A DNA stretch of 64,000 nucleotides from Eledone cirrhosa (taxonomy: Eukaryota): NCBI GenBank assembly GCA_964016885.1, contig OZ024743.1, positions 282,534,001 through 282,598,000 of the forward strand, in the 5' to 3' direction. The position numbers and the translations under genes are program-made. The notes beneath the pieces are model-generated. The model was not told where the DNA came from and made no database searches. It was given only the letters and a program-made list of their open reading frames with translations. Below, piece after piece: positions 63,101 to 64,000 of this stretch; position 1 is the stretch's first letter, and the number at the start of each line of letters is the position of its first letter.

Positions 63101-64000
63101 CAAGAGGGTCCTAACCTCTAAATATCATGAAATATAAAGTAGAAGTATAAACTTGTTTTTGTTTGTCTTACTTTACTTTAGTTTTCACTCCTGTATTTCT
63201 AATTTGCACTGTACCAGCTTTCCCAAAGCAGTAACTAAATATTGTTTGTTTTTTTCCCACCACATAATTATTTCCAGGCTATGTTAACACTAATTTAACT
63301 AATCAAAAAAAAAAAAAAAAATTGTTTCCTTGGAATTTCAGCCATAGCCACCTTGTCATTAAGGATATGATGTCCAGATATAATTTACCATAAACTTTAG
63401 TGTATAAATCAACCTGGCATACAAATCAATTTTAAGGTTCTTAGCTCAAGTCTATATCTACCCTAGAGATCAATCCGCAATCATAAGATAGGGTCTACCA
63501 TGGTTGGTCTTATTTATGGCCATCCTTGAGATGTTCTCTTGACTATGATATAGACTATATAAGAGCAAAACATCTTAGTGCCCATTCTACAAAATATTTA
63601 AGTAAACCATATTCATTGTAACTGCAAGGATTACAGTCAGTGTATGAAAACAGTGCATGGTTTTATGTTATATACAATTTTTTTAATTATTATTATTTTG
63701 AATCACTGGTAAACTATTTGTTAAATACATTAATATATTCTTTATTACAGTCAACCTTTAACTGAAAATATCTGTGGCAACTTACTGGATTTACATAAAG
63801 TAGTGCATATCAGTTGTTAGGAGCTCTGTTCTTGTTTAAAATTCAGAGGAGAGGGAGTAAATATTTGTAAGTCAACCCTCAGTTTTGGAGAGATCCCCCC
63901 ACCCCACCCCCCGGCTTAAAATGTTGACTTGTACACCACAAATTATGGTAGGGATTCAAAATGATAGTAGTAACAACTATGCATAAGATTGCTTGTTGGC

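Noticed and set aside
63090-63130. SRGS*PLNI as the RGP..YLGS motif of viral L
   Set aside because: It falls downstream of the GS..H motif, the wrong order, so it was not counted as evidence.

Overview
AT-rich eukaryotic genomic DNA. The SINE/LINE complement and gene sequences point to a cephalopod, most likely an octopus (inference). The + strand holds 13 coding exons of an Enhancer of polycomb gene (EPC1/EPC2-like, 3440-30361); its 5' exons lie upstream of the window. The - strand holds the last three recognisable coding exons of a convergent Lasp/nebulin-family gene (GSIADYDP linker, a 38-nt microexon and a C-terminal SH3, 55093-47781). Introns are packed with mobile DNA: a young 5'-truncated RTE LINE with intact RT and a PHD-like finger, CR1, Vingi-like and R4/Dong fragments, tRNA-derived SINEs (some with long target-site duplications) and TTAA-flanked piggyBac-type MITEs. 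Two unannotated layers stand out in the region upstream of the last detected Lasp exon (presumed intron). (1) A heavily decayed series of motifs, colinear with a Mononegavirales L polymerase over about 56.9-63.1 kb, suggests an ancient endogenous negative-strand RNA virus; this was matched by eye and needs an HMM check. (2) A Naiad-type Penelope element splits that sequence and comes with an intact hammerhead ribozyme and a 313-bp near-perfect palindrome carrying a hammerhead in each arm. Repeat boundaries are approximate.
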